The notes under the pieces are model-generated. The model made no database searches. It was not told the DNA's origin and saw nothing but the letters and a program-made list of their open reading frames with translations. Source: an uncultured Verrucomicrobiota bacterium (GTDB lineage: Bacteria; Verrucomicrobiota; Kiritimatiellia; RZYC01). From it: a stretch of DNA of 60,452 nucleotides. A program made the position numbers and the translations under genes. Shown piece by piece: positions 36,536-46,206 of the stretch. The stretch spans positions 13,933-74,384 of the forward strand of contig CAZISY010000004.1 in the NCBI GenBank assembly GCA_964542025.1. Reading direction: 5' to 3'. Position 1 is the first letter of the stretch. Every line of letters begins with the position of its first letter.

Positions 36536-37942
36536 ATGTCAGAACAACATACCATTGATTATCTGGTGATCGGCGGCGGACCGTGCGGGCTCGGGGCGGC
36601 CATGCGTTTGGAACAGGAGCATCAGGACTGGGCGCTGGTGGAGGCCGATGGCGAATTCGGCGGGTTGTCCGGTTCGTTTCAGGACAAGCAGGGGTTTACC
36701 TGGGACATCGGCGGGCATGTCCTTTTTTCGCATTATCAGACGTTTGATCGGGCCATGCAGGAAGCGCTGGGCGATGACTGGTTTGATCATGAACGCGAAA
36801 GCTGGGTCTGGCTGAAAAACCGATTTGTGCCGTATCCATTTCAAAACAATTTGCACCGCCTGGACCCGGATGATCGCTGGGCCTGCGTGAAGGGGCTGCT
36901 CGATGCCGCGCGCCGCGCCCAAACCGCCACCGAAAAACCGAAAAATTTCGGCGAATGGATGCTGGCGACGATGGGCGAGGGCATAGTCGAACTGTTCATG
37001 AAGCCCTACAATTTCAAAGTGTGGGCGTACCCGGCCGCAGAGATGGCCTACAATTGGATTGGAGAACGGGTTTCCGTCCCGCCGCTGGAGCAGATTTTGA
37101 AATCCATCTGCACCGGAGAAGACAGCGCCTCCTGGGGCCCCAACAATCTGTTTCGTTTCCCGAAATACGGCGGAACCGGCGAAATTTGGCGAGCACTGGG
37201 CCGCAAACTGCCCGCCAACCGCTGTTTTCTGAATACGCGCATTGTGGAAATTGATGCCGCAAAAAAAGAAGCGCGCGATGAAGCCGGAAACCGCTGGAAG
37301 TATCGCGCACTGATCACCACCATGCCGCTGAACCGGCTGGCCCGCATCACGCGTGGCGTTCTGAAGGACGGCGCGGCCGAGGGCATGAAGTATTCCGCCA
37401 CGCATGTGGTCGGCGTCGGCCTGGAAGGACAGCCCCCGGAACATCTCAAAACGAAATGCTGGATGTACTTTCCGCAGCCCAACAGTCCCTATTACCGCAC
37501 CACCGTATTCAGCAACTACAGCTGTCACAACGTGGCGCAACCCGGCCGGCAGTGGTCGCTCATGACCGAAGTGGCGGAAAGCCCGGCCAAACCGGTGGAT
37601 GGCGGGCGCGTGCTGGATGACGCCATTCGCGCCTTCCGGGAGGACCGGCTGATCAGTCCCGACGATAAAATAGTGACGCAGATCTCCCTGCGCGTGGAGT
37701 TCGGCTACCCCACGCCGTATGTCGGACGCAACGAGCAGGTTGACCCGATGCTGCGCGCGCTGGAAACGGCCGGCATCTACAGTCGCGGGCGTTTCGGCGC
37801 CTGGAAGTATGAGGTGGCCAACATGGATCACAGTTTTGCGCAGGGGTATGAATGCGTGGATCGTTTGGTGCATGGGCGCGGTGAAGAAGCGGAGCCCACC
37901 CTGTTTACGCCCGGCCTTGTCAACAGCCGGAAGAATCCCTAA
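36536..37942 (+). CDS. glf: FAD-dependent UDP-galactopyranose mutase, long (eukaryote-type) form
   Basis: YLVIGGGPCGLGAAMRL, GGHVLFSHYQTFD, FVPYPFQNN, YGGTGEIW and RGRFGAWKYEVANMDHSF match my recollection of fungal/kinetoplastid UGM motifs. 468 aa, versus about 370-400 aa for classical bacterial Glf. Confidence 0.65.
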   Translation: MSEQHTIDYLVIGGGPCGLGAAMRLEQEHQDWALVEADGEFGGLSGSFQDKQGFTWDIGGHVLFSHYQTFDRAMQEALGDDWFDHERESWVWLKNRFVPYPFQNNLHRLDPDDRWACVKGLLDAARRAQTATEKPKNFGEWMLATMGEGIVELFMKPYNFKVWAYPAAEMAYNWIGERVSVPPLEQILKSICTGEDSASWGPNNLFRFPKYGGTGEIWRALGRKLPANRCFLNTRIVEIDAAKKEARDEAGNRWKYRALITTMPLNRLARITRGVLKDGAAEGMKYSATHVVGVGLEGQPPEHLKTKCWMYFPQPNSPYYRTTVFSNYSCHNVAQPGRQWSLMTEVAESPAKPVDGGRVLDDAIRAFREDRLISPDDKIVTQISLRVEFGYPTPYVGRNEQVDPMLRALETAGIYSRGRFGAWKYEVANMDHSFAQGYECVDRLVHGRGEEAEPTLFTPGLVNSRKNP

Positions 37943-37953
37943 TATGCCGCCCC

Positions 37954-40677
37954 ATGAATCTCAACACGTCAAGCGCCCTGCCGTCCGTCACCGCCGTCAT
38001 CAGTACGCATGACCGGTGCGGAGATTTGCGGGAAACCCTTTCCAAACTGCGCGCCCTGAATTATCCGGCATTGCAAATAATCGTGGCGGATAACGACTCG
38101 TCCGATGATACACGGCGTATGATCAAAACGGAATTTCCCGACGTGGAATGTTTTCCGCATTCGTTCAATCGGCCCATGGAAGGCTACAACCTCGCCTTTG
38201 AACGATCACGGTCAACGTATGTGCTGGTGCTCGACGATGATTCCTGCCCGCGCCCAGGCGTGCTTGAGAGCATGGTCAGCCATCTCGAAAAGCATCCCGA
38301 CCTCGGAGCCGCTGCGGCCAATATCATTGACCTCGATGGGTCAAGCGAATGGGCGCCGTACGATCAGGTCGCGTATTCCACCCAATGGAATAATCTCATC
38401 GGCTGCGGATTCCTGATCCGGCGGCATGTGCTCATGGCCGCCCAGGGATACCGCGAAGATTTTGACCTGTACTACAACGACTTTGATCTGGCCCTTTGCA
38501 TCCTCGCTCAAAACTACCGCATCGCCTACCATCGCGAATGGATCGTCGATCACCGCAAGTCGCCCGCCAACCGGGTGCCCCAACGCAAAACGCACATGAT
38601 GATCCGCAATTTTTCGTGGATTGTACGCGCGCATTTCCGCGGGGCGTCCCGCTGGAATCTGTTGCTGGGGCACGCGCTGATGATGCTGCGTCAGGCGGCC
38701 CGCGCAGGATGTCTGGGGCCGTCCATGCGCTATCTGATGGCCGGTCTCTTTTCACCCATTGATCACCCGATCATGCCGGTGCCTCCGAGTCCGGCCGCCA
38801 ATCGGTTCAAGGCCGAATTTGCGCTTACGTCCAATCTGCGGCGCCTGCTCTCCGGACAGAAGGGCCTCCCTGAAATCGCGCCCGAGGATATGGAACACCG
38901 GGAGAGCCGCCCCGCCCCTTCCGCGCACACCTTTCTCGCCAGGAAAAAAACAGAACGGCCGCCCGCTGTCTGCTACTGGGAACAGCGCATGGTCCACCTC
39001 GACCTGATGACCCCGCGCGATGAAACCAGCCGCAGGGCCCGGCGCAGGGAAGATCAGCGTATCCACTGCGACTGCGCCGCGCGCATGGCCTGGTATCGAA
39101 GTCCCTGGCCCGACTACCAGCGCTGGCTGATGAAATGCAGCTATCTCTCCTGCACGCAGCGCCGACAAATGGCCCGGCAGGCCGATGCCTGGCGCTATCA
39201 GCCGCTGATCAGCATCATCACGCCGCTGCATCATGTGCTCACCGATCAGTTTTTGGAAATGCTGCTTTCCGTGGAACAGCAGCTCTATCCCCACTGGCAA
39301 TTCTGCGTGGTGGACGACGGGTCGAAACGCCCGGATCTGCGTCAGGCCGTTCAGTCCTTTGCAGAACGCTGCCCCGGTAAAGTGAAGTTCGTTTTCCGCG
39401 ACGAAAACAAGGGCATCTGCGCCACGGAACAGGAAGCGCTGGGGCTGGCAGATGGCGAATTTGCGGCCCTGCTGGATCACGATGACCGCCTCGCCCCGGA
39501 AGCGCTTTTTGAAGTGGTGAAACGGCTCAATGAAAAACCGGACACGGATTGGCTCTACTCCGATTTGGATAAAATATCCCCCGAAGGCGAGCGGCTCCTG
39601 CATTTCTTCAAACCGGATTGGTCGCCGGATTTGCTCACCTGCTGCAATTATGTGCTGCACCTTTCCGTGATACGCCGCTCGCTGCTAATGGAGATCGGCG
39701 GATTCACCATGGATTGCGACGGCGCTCAGGACTACGACCTGTATCTCCGCCTCGCCGAAAAAACTGATCGCGTGGAACACATTGCCAAAGTGCTGTATTC
39801 CTTCCGCCAGTCGGCTTCGTCCACGGCGGGGGATCTGAGCGCCAAGCCGGAAATTTATGAACGTGGCCGTGCCGCCCTCCAGCGCTCTCTGGAGCGTCGC
39901 GGACTGGCCGGAACCGTGGAACACAATACGCTCGCCTGGGCCGGACATTATAAAATTCACCGCGAGCCGCCCCGGGCCGCAGTGGCCGAATTGCTGGTCG
40001 GACCGGAAAACGCGGCGGCAACCATCGTTCCCGATGGAATCCATCTTCACACCGTTCGATGCCCCGAGGCGGAAATTGGGAGTCGGCTCAGAGCGCTGAT
40101 CGGGGAGTCCGCCGCCGATTATTTGCTCATACGGGATGCATCCGTGACCATCGAACCGGATGCGCTGATTGACCTGATCGGCCAACTGGATGTGCCCGGA
40201 CTGGATGTGATTTCGCCGAAAATCATCTGGCAGGAAAAAGTGGATCACAGCGGTTTGGGTATCGGCGCGGGCGGGACATTCTTTTTCCCGATGCGCGGTA
40301 TGCCCGCGGCGGAAGCGGCGTATGGCGCGGCCGGCGCTGTGGCGCGTAACGTGAGCCTTGCATCCCCGCTGCTGGCCGTCATCCGAATGAATGCCCTGCG
40401 CAAAATCACCGTGGATTCCGAACTCGGCACAGGTGCCGTGCTGGATGTGTTTCTCGCGCTGCGCGAAAATGGAGGACGCGCCGCTGTGGATGGTCGCCTG
40501 ACCGCCCGCCGTGTCGGCGAAGAATGGTATGCCCTGCCGCCCGCGATGCAGATCGGCGGACATGACTACTCCATTTTGCTGCGCCGCCGGCCGACGCTGA
40601 TGACGTGCGGCGATCCGTTCTACAACCGGAATCTGCGCACCGATCCGCCCGACTTTGGAGGACGCGATATTTTATGA
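37954..40677 (+). CDS. Multidomain family-2 glycosyltransferase (at least two GT2 modules plus a third GT2-like C-terminal region)
   Basis: Module 1: VTAVISTHDR...IIVADNDSSDDT...VLDDDS. Module 2: ISIITPLHHV...FCVVDDGSK...LLDHDDRL. The C-terminal third has an alpha/beta pattern without a clear DxD. Confidence 0.75.
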   Translation: MNLNTSSALPSVTAVISTHDRCGDLRETLSKLRALNYPALQIIVADNDSSDDTRRMIKTEFPDVECFPHSFNRPMEGYNLAFERSRSTYVLVLDDDSCPRPGVLESMVSHLEKHPDLGAAAANIIDLDGSSEWAPYDQVAYSTQWNNLIGCGFLIRRHVLMAAQGYREDFDLYYNDFDLALCILAQNYRIAYHREWIVDHRKSPANRVPQRKTHMMIRNFSWIVRAHFRGASRWNLLLGHALMMLRQAARAGCLGPSMRYLMAGLFSPIDHPIMPVPPSPAANRFKAEFALTSNLRRLLSGQKGLPEIAPEDMEHRESRPAPSAHTFLARKKTERPPAVCYWEQRMVHLDLMTPRDETSRRARRREDQRIHCDCAARMAWYRSPWPDYQRWLMKCSYLSCTQRRQMARQADAWRYQPLISIITPLHHVLTDQFLEMLLSVEQQLYPHWQFCVVDDGSKRPDLRQAVQSFAERCPGKVKFVFRDENKGICATEQEALGLADGEFAALLDHDDRLAPEALFEVVKRLNEKPDTDWLYSDLDKISPEGERLLHFFKPDWSPDLLTCCNYVLHLSVIRRSLLMEIGGFTMDCDGAQDYDLYLRLAEKTDRVEHIAKVLYSFRQSASSTAGDLSAKPEIYERGRAALQRSLERRGLAGTVEHNTLAWAGHYKIHREPPRAAVAELLVGPENAAATIVPDGIHLHTVRCPEAEIGSRLRALIGESAADYLLIRDASVTIEPDALIDLIGQLDVPGLDVISPKIIWQEKVDHSGLGIGAGGTFFFPMRGMPAAEAAYGAAGAVARNVSLASPLLAVIRMNALRKITVDSELGTGAVLDVFLALRENGGRAAVDGRLTARRVGEEWYALPPAMQIGGHDYSILLRRRPTLMTCGDPFYNRNLRTDPPDFGGRDIL

Positions 40678-42137
40678 ACGCCAGCCATCAGCATCCGTCC
40701 CGGTTTCCGCGCATAGGGATTGTCATCTGCACCTGGAACAAAAAAGACTATGTCCTCGCGCTGCTCGACAGCCTGTTGGCCAATCCGTATCCGAATTGTC
40801 AGATTCTGATCGTGGATAATGATTCCTCCGACCATACGAAGGAGGCCGTGCTCGCGCGCTTCCCGCAGGTGAAGTACATCCTGAATCCCGTCAACATCGG
40901 GGGGTCCGGCGGATTCAACACAGGGCTGTGCGCCATGCTCAAAACCGAGGGGCTGGATTATGTTTGGCTGCTGGACAACGATGTCCGCGTCGATCCCGGC
41001 GCGCTCGAAGTGCTGATTGAAGCGCTCGAAACCCGGCCCGATGCCGCGATCGCCGGAAGCCACATCATTCAGATGGATCATCCGCAAACCACGAATGAAA
41101 TCGGCGGCGGCGTCAATTTGCCCCTGGGACAATTGATTCTGCACAAGCACGACACTCCGGAATGGACGCACCGGGAAGAGGTGTACGAAGTGGATTATGT
41201 GGCTGCCTGCTCCATGCTGGTTCGCTATTCCGCCCTCCGGCAGGTGGGCATTTGGGATGATTTTTTCATTCACTATGACGATGTGGATTGGTGCCTGCGC
41301 ATGAAGCAGGCCGGCTATACGGTGCTCGCCTGCGCGGCCAGCCGGATTTACCACATGTCGGCCAATGTCAAGCGTGTCACCTGGATCCTCTATTACGATC
41401 TGCGCAACATTCTGTACCTGCAGGACAAACACCGGCTGATGAGTGGCTGGCACTTTTTCAAATTCGCCACCCTGCTGATTCTGTTCGCCTGCCGGGATCT
41501 GCTCAGCGGAAAGGACTATTATTGCAGGCTGGCTGAAACGGCGCTGAGCGATTTCTTCGCGGGCCGCATGGGTCGGCGCGAAAAAATGCCGCCGCTTCAA
41601 ATGGAAAAAGTCAAAGAAGTGATGCTGCGCATCATGCAGGATGAACCGGACCTCGTGTATGTGCTGGACCCGGTCAGCCAAACGGTGTTCACCGACAAGG
41701 AATTAAAAACCGCCCGGCAGCGCGGAACCCGCGTAGTGGCCGTGTGCGGAGAAGCCACCGCCCGGCTGAAAGGTGTTCCGCAAACCGTGGAGCGCATGCC
41801 GCTGGCCACGAATAAACTGCTGATGACTCTTCAGCTCGTTCGACTGCTGTTCAAACCCAAAGCCGATTACCTGATTTTGGATATTGATCACATCTGCGGA
41901 CTGCTCGGCCTCTGCGCCCGGAATATCGTCCTGCTGGTGGACCAGAATGCGCAGATTGTGCCCGGCGGCTGGGTTCGCCTCCGCACAATGGCCGCGTTTC
42001 TGTTGCGCGCACCGCTTTTGTACGCACGCCTGTTGCTCTTCCTCATGCGGAGAAAGGCGCGCCGGGGTTGTGCCGCACTGACCCCTGAAGCATTCGAGCG
42101 CCAACTCAATGCGCTGGGCGGATCAATTAACTATTAA
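40674..42137 (+). CDS. Family-2 glycosyltransferase (WbbL/rhamnosyl- or galactofuranosyl-transferase-like) with C-terminal extension
   Basis: IGIVICTWNKKDY...ILIVDNDSSD...LLDNDV...HYDDVDWCLR. ATGA overlap with the preceding GT gene. Confidence 0.75.
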   Translation: MNASHQHPSRFPRIGIVICTWNKKDYVLALLDSLLANPYPNCQILIVDNDSSDHTKEAVLARFPQVKYILNPVNIGGSGGFNTGLCAMLKTEGLDYVWLLDNDVRVDPGALEVLIEALETRPDAAIAGSHIIQMDHPQTTNEIGGGVNLPLGQLILHKHDTPEWTHREEVYEVDYVAACSMLVRYSALRQVGIWDDFFIHYDDVDWCLRMKQAGYTVLACAASRIYHMSANVKRVTWILYYDLRNILYLQDKHRLMSGWHFFKFATLLILFACRDLLSGKDYYCRLAETALSDFFAGRMGRREKMPPLQMEKVKEVMLRIMQDEPDLVYVLDPVSQTVFTDKELKTARQRGTRVVAVCGEATARLKGVPQTVERMPLATNKLLMTLQLVRLLFKPKADYLILDIDHICGLLGLCARNIVLLVDQNAQIVPGGWVRLRTMAAFLLRAPLLYARLLLFLMRRKARRGCAALTPEAFERQLNALGGSINY

Positions 42138-42149
42138 CCGGGCATCACC

Positions 42150-43190
42150 ATGGATTCGTACGGGCGAGACAAAAGAAAACATCCGTTTCTTTCCGGCCTC
42201 ACGGGCCGATTGCTCTTTCTCCTGCTCTCCGCCGGTTTCCTGGCCGGATGTGCAACCACGGGAGCCTACCGCCCCGCCGGAGTGTCCACGTCGGACCGGC
42301 AGGCGGTCATCCAGGGGGATGTCTGTCAGAGCGGTTTCGCAAGACAGTATGTCCGCATCGCAGAAGTGGATGGAGAAAAAACGGCGTCAATCTGGTCCTG
42401 CATGCTGCTGGCGAACAACGCCTATCCCAGAATCGCGTATCTGGAGCCGGGGAAGCACAATCTCGTTGTGGCGTGTTATCAGTATCCCAGCCATTACACG
42501 ATGAATCTCTGGTTCGTGGCGGAACCCGACAAAGAATACATCATCCGGCAACGGGCCGTCGGCTACGATGTCCGCATGTGGATTGAGGAAAAAGAGACGG
42601 GCACCGCCGTGGGAGGCATCGTCGGAAGCGCCGATGAACCCCGCCCACTCGACTTTCGTGAAGCCTCGGATGAGGTGAATGAGCGAGCCCGGCAACAGCT
42701 CGAAGCCATCATCGCCAACGGCGGAAATTCCGAAATCCAAAAAGGACTGATTGCCACCAACGGCATTTGCGGACCGTTTCTGTGGGCGAAACTCCAACCG
42801 TATGCCGTCATGCGCGGACTGACCTGGGCTCCGGCATATGTCAACGTCCCCTACACCGACGAAAAAACGGGCCAGCGTGCCTACGAAACGCTCGAAGGAA
42901 GGGTTCTGCAATCCGAAAGCGAAGCGCTGGCCTTCTGGGGCGCCGTGCATTATGAGTTGGGACCGACAACGAACGATGTCATTCGCCGCCTGACTCCGCT
43001 GGAAAAAGAACAGCTCTTTGAAATACTCTGCTTTGAATATCTGGAAGAACCCATCTTCATTATTGAGAGCGCGGATTACCGGCTGCTGACGGTTATGATT
43101 GAGGAGGACGGGCGCTATCTGCCGTTCTGGATGGATGACTTCTGCTGGATGCCCACCAGCCGCGTTACTCAGGCGGTATCCGCAGAATGA
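42150..43190 (+). CDS. Lipoprotein, unknown function
   Basis: Lipobox FLAGC. 346 aa. No recognisable motif. Confidence 0.6.
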   Translation: MDSYGRDKRKHPFLSGLTGRLLFLLLSAGFLAGCATTGAYRPAGVSTSDRQAVIQGDVCQSGFARQYVRIAEVDGEKTASIWSCMLLANNAYPRIAYLEPGKHNLVVACYQYPSHYTMNLWFVAEPDKEYIIRQRAVGYDVRMWIEEKETGTAVGGIVGSADEPRPLDFREASDEVNERARQQLEAIIANGGNSEIQKGLIATNGICGPFLWAKLQPYAVMRGLTWAPAYVNVPYTDEKTGQRAYETLEGRVLQSESEALAFWGAVHYELGPTTNDVIRRLTPLEKEQLFEILCFEYLEEPIFIIESADYRLLTVMIEEDGRYLPFWMDDFCWMPTSRVTQAVSAE

Positions 43191-43264
43191 TTCGGAAATG
43201 TCACCTCAGATGGCCTTGGTTTTGTTGCTGCTTCCCCCTTCGGTCCCTGTTATAAAACCGGCCC

Positions 43265-43921
43265 ATGAAGGCCGTATTTTTTGATCTCGATGGCACGCTG
43301 ACGGATCCCGCCGAGGGAATCACCGGAAGCATTCGCTACGCACTGGAAAAGCTCGGACTCCCCGCTCCCGAACCGCGCGAACTGCATTGGTGCATCGGCC
43401 CGTCCCTCCGCCAAAGTTTCACAACGCTCTTGAACGGCGACGCCGCACGCGCAGAACAGGCCATCATCCTGTATCGTGAGCGGTTTTCCGAAACAGGCCT
43501 GTATGAAAATGAGGTCTATCCCGGAGTGCCTGAAATGCTGACCATCTTGCGCGGAGAAGGGTTTGCGTTGTATGTGGCCACATCCAAACCGCAAACCTAT
43601 GCCGAACGCATCATTCAGCATTTTGAACTGTCGCCCTTTTTTCGCCGTGTGTTTGGACCCGGGCTGGATGTGCGCCACATGGGCAAGGAAGACCTTTTGC
43701 GTCAGGCTCTTTCGGAAGAGCACCTGGATGCCGCTGATTGCTGGATGGTCGGAGACCGCGTGTTTGATATCGAAGGCGCACGCGCCTGCGGCTTGCGAAA
43801 TATCGGCGTGCTTTATGGGTACGGCTCGCGCAGCGAATTGGTTCAGGCCGGCGCAGAAATTTTAGTGGAACATCCGGAGGATATTCCTCCCATCATCATG
43901 AAAGAGACGGGTGCCGCATGA
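43265..43921 (+). CDS. HAD-IA family hydrolase (phosphoglycolate-phosphatase-like)
   Basis: FFDLDGTLTD, VATSKP and MVGDRVFDIEGA. Confidence 0.8.
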   Translation: MKAVFFDLDGTLTDPAEGITGSIRYALEKLGLPAPEPRELHWCIGPSLRQSFTTLLNGDAARAEQAIILYRERFSETGLYENEVYPGVPEMLTILRGEGFALYVATSKPQTYAERIIQHFELSPFFRRVFGPGLDVRHMGKEDLLRQALSEEHLDAADCWMVGDRVFDIEGARACGLRNIGVLYGYGSRSELVQAGAEILVEHPEDIPPIIMKETGAA

Positions 43922-44691
43922 AAATCGCCACATTCAATGTAAACTCCATTCGTTCCCGGCTGAGTATTGTGCTGGACTGGCTGGCCGGCGAACAGGCCGA
44001 CGTACTCTGTCTGCAGGAAACCAAATGTCAGGATGCCGACTTCCCCGCCGTCGAAATACGCGCCGCCGGTTACGACGTCGTTTACCGCGGAGAAAAATCC
44101 TACAACGGCGTGGCCATTCTGTCGCGCCTGCCCATCACGAACGTGCTCGCCGGCCTGGACGACGGCGGCCCGACGGATGCCGCGCGCCTGCTCAGCGCAG
44201 AGATTGGCGGCGTGCGGATCGTGAACACCTATGTCCCGCAGGGGCGTGCGCTGGATCACGAAATGTATCCCTATAAACTGGCCTGGTTCGAGCGGCTGCG
44301 CCACTGGCTGGACCGTCATGCCTCGCCCGATCAGCCCGTGCTGTGGTGCGGCGATCTCAATGTGGCCCGCACGCCGCTCGACGTACACAACGCGCGCGAT
44401 AAAGCGCAGCACGTCTGCTACCACCAGTCCGTGCGCGATGCCTTTGAGCGCGTGGTCTCCTGGGGGTTCACGGATCTCTTTCGCCAGTATCATCCCGGTG
44501 AAGAATGCTATTCCTTTTTCGATTACCGCGTGAAGGATTCGCTGGAGCGAAATATCGGCTGGAGAATTGATTACCTGATGGGGACTCCATCCCTGGCCGC
44601 CGCCTGCCGCAGCGTGAACATCGATCTGGCGCCGCGCCGCCGGGAAAAACCCTCCGATCACACCGTCATGGTCGGCGACTTTGCCCGCTGA
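43918..44691 (+). CDS. xthA: Exodeoxyribonuclease III
   Basis: MKIATFNVNSIRSR, LCLQETK, GDLNVA, WRIDY and PSDHTV. ATGA overlap with the HAD gene. Confidence 0.9.
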   Translation: MKIATFNVNSIRSRLSIVLDWLAGEQADVLCLQETKCQDADFPAVEIRAAGYDVVYRGEKSYNGVAILSRLPITNVLAGLDDGGPTDAARLLSAEIGGVRIVNTYVPQGRALDHEMYPYKLAWFERLRHWLDRHASPDQPVLWCGDLNVARTPLDVHNARDKAQHVCYHQSVRDAFERVVSWGFTDLFRQYHPGEECYSFFDYRVKDSLERNIGWRIDYLMGTPSLAAACRSVNIDLAPRRREKPSDHTVMVGDFAR

Positions 44692-44703
44692 AATCTGTGT
44701 AAT

Positions 44704-45756
44704 TCAGGAGGGCAGCTCCTGACCGGCGGGTTCGGATGCCGCCGGCTCCGCGTGCGCTCGGCCCGCCGTCATGCAGGCCGCCGTCCCAACAATTCCCAGC
44801 GCAAAGAAAAAGAAATAAAGCAGCAGAAAGAAGATAGAAGCCAAAACGCCGGCCGGTTTACGTACCACACGCTGCCAGACATCTTCAACCAGCGACGCCA
44901 TGTGTTCCGGCGTGGTCTGGCTCTGCGGCACGCGCTGAACCAGCTCACCCACCAGCGGGTTCAATTGTTCGGCGGGAATTTCCGTGACCGCATCCACACC
45001 GTCCAGCGTATGCGCCTTGCGCAAACGATACGCCGTACGCGAGCAGGCCCAGGTCGACCGCAGGGACGCCGCCACCATCAGCGCAATGAATCCGAACAGA
45101 AAATCCCGCGAGGCATAAGCGATCCAGCCCATCAATCCGGCCGTCAGCACTTTCCCGATCACCTCCACCCAGGGATGCCTTGAAAGAAGCAGCGCATCAA
45201 TCACGCGTCCACCGTCCAGCGGAAACATCGGTATCAGGTTGAACAGATTCAGAAAAAGCATGATCTGCGCAAATTGCCGCAGCATGGGTTGGTGCATCAG
45301 CGCGGAAACAACAAGCAGTCCGATCCCGAGCAAAATGCCCGGCACTGGACCCAGCAGGGAAACAATGCAGTCTTTGCGCGCGCTCGGACGCGAATCATGC
45401 CCCGACACCGCCGCCCCGAACATCGGAATAAAAAACATTTTCACATCCCGATACCGAAAACACTTCATCCCGATCCAATGCCCGGCCTCATGAATAAACA
45501 ACACGCCGATCAGCATGAGCACGCCGTTCAATCCATCCCGCGCGAAACCCAGGCTGAAAAAGAACAGCAGCGAAAGCAATAGCCCGCCGAGATTCTGCAG
45601 CAGCGTACTCTTTCGTGATGCGCGGCTCAGCAGGGCGCGCTGAACCTGACCGGAAAAATCATATGCCGGAATCAGAGCCGGAGATGTTTCTTCGGGAGAT
45701 GAACCGGTCCTCGGTTCGGAGTTTTCCTTCGCCTGTGTTTCGTTCATGTCGTCCAT
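44704..45756 (-). CDS. M50-family (site-2-protease-like) membrane metalloprotease
   Basis: FIHEAGHWIGM (HExxH) and NLFNLIPMFPLDGGRV. ATG 45756 is preferred, because the track start 46086 runs through the intergenic repeat. Confidence 0.75.
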   Translation of the reverse strand: MDDMNETQAKENSEPRTGSSPEETSPALIPAYDFSGQVQRALLSRASRKSTLLQNLGGLLLSLLFFFSLGFARDGLNGVLMLIGVLFIHEAGHWIGMKCFRYRDVKMFFIPMFGAAVSGHDSRPSARKDCIVSLLGPVPGILLGIGLLVVSALMHQPMLRQFAQIMLFLNLFNLIPMFPLDGGRVIDALLLSRHPWVEVIGKVLTAGLMGWIAYASRDFLFGFIALMVAASLRSTWACSRTAYRLRKAHTLDGVDAVTEIPAEQLNPLVGELVQRVPQSQTTPEHMASLVEDVWQRVVRKPAGVLASIFFLLLYFFFFALGIVGTAACMTAGRAHAEPAASEPAGQELPS

Positions 45757-45892
45757 AAAAATCCTGCTCCTGGTTGTATGGCTGCGGTAAGCGTTGCTCC
45801 GGAATATACTGTCCGGTGTTTTGGAGGGAAAGGACGAAACGGGCATGGGGAGGGGACCCAAAGTACGGCAGGCGCTGCGCTCCGGCAGTAAA

Positions 45893-45971
45893 TAGGGCCG
45901 CGCTCTCCGAGCGCAGCCCCTTTGCGGTGTGCAGTACGAAGAAGGCCGACGCTCGGAGAGCGCTGGCCTAC
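45893..45971. repeat. Palindromic intergenic repeat, copy B
   Basis: CGCTCTCCGAGCG (45901-45913) and CGCTCGGAGAGCG (45950-45962) with a 36-nt loop. Flanks TAGGGCC / GGCCTAC. Confidence 0.8.
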
Positions 45972-46206
45972 AGCAGCCAGCAGTCCCGGCCTCTTCCTGT
46001 GTGATTTTTGTTTGTGTGGAGGGCGGCGGGCCCCCGCCGCCTGGAGTTTGGAACGGAACCGCCGCCCGCCTGATCAGCATGCACATTCCCGAGCGCCAAA
46101 CCGCAAATTCACCGGATCAAAACAACTCTTTCATATGCTCCCACAACGTCATTACACTGGGTAAACGCCACTTGTGGCGAACCTGGCAGCGCGTTGTTCA
46201 CCGATA

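Noticed and set aside
34826-37873. Long minus-strand ORFs 34826-35881 and 36539-37873
   Set aside because: They are antisense to rmlB and the UDP-galactopyranose mutase gene respectively.
23356-45971. The idea that the two palindromic repeats delimit a 22.6-kb mobile or invertible segment
   Set aside because: The interval carries essential and core genes (rpsA, xthA) at native GC content, with no transposase or recombinase. The repeats are self-complementary hairpins, which is more consistent with REP-like elements.
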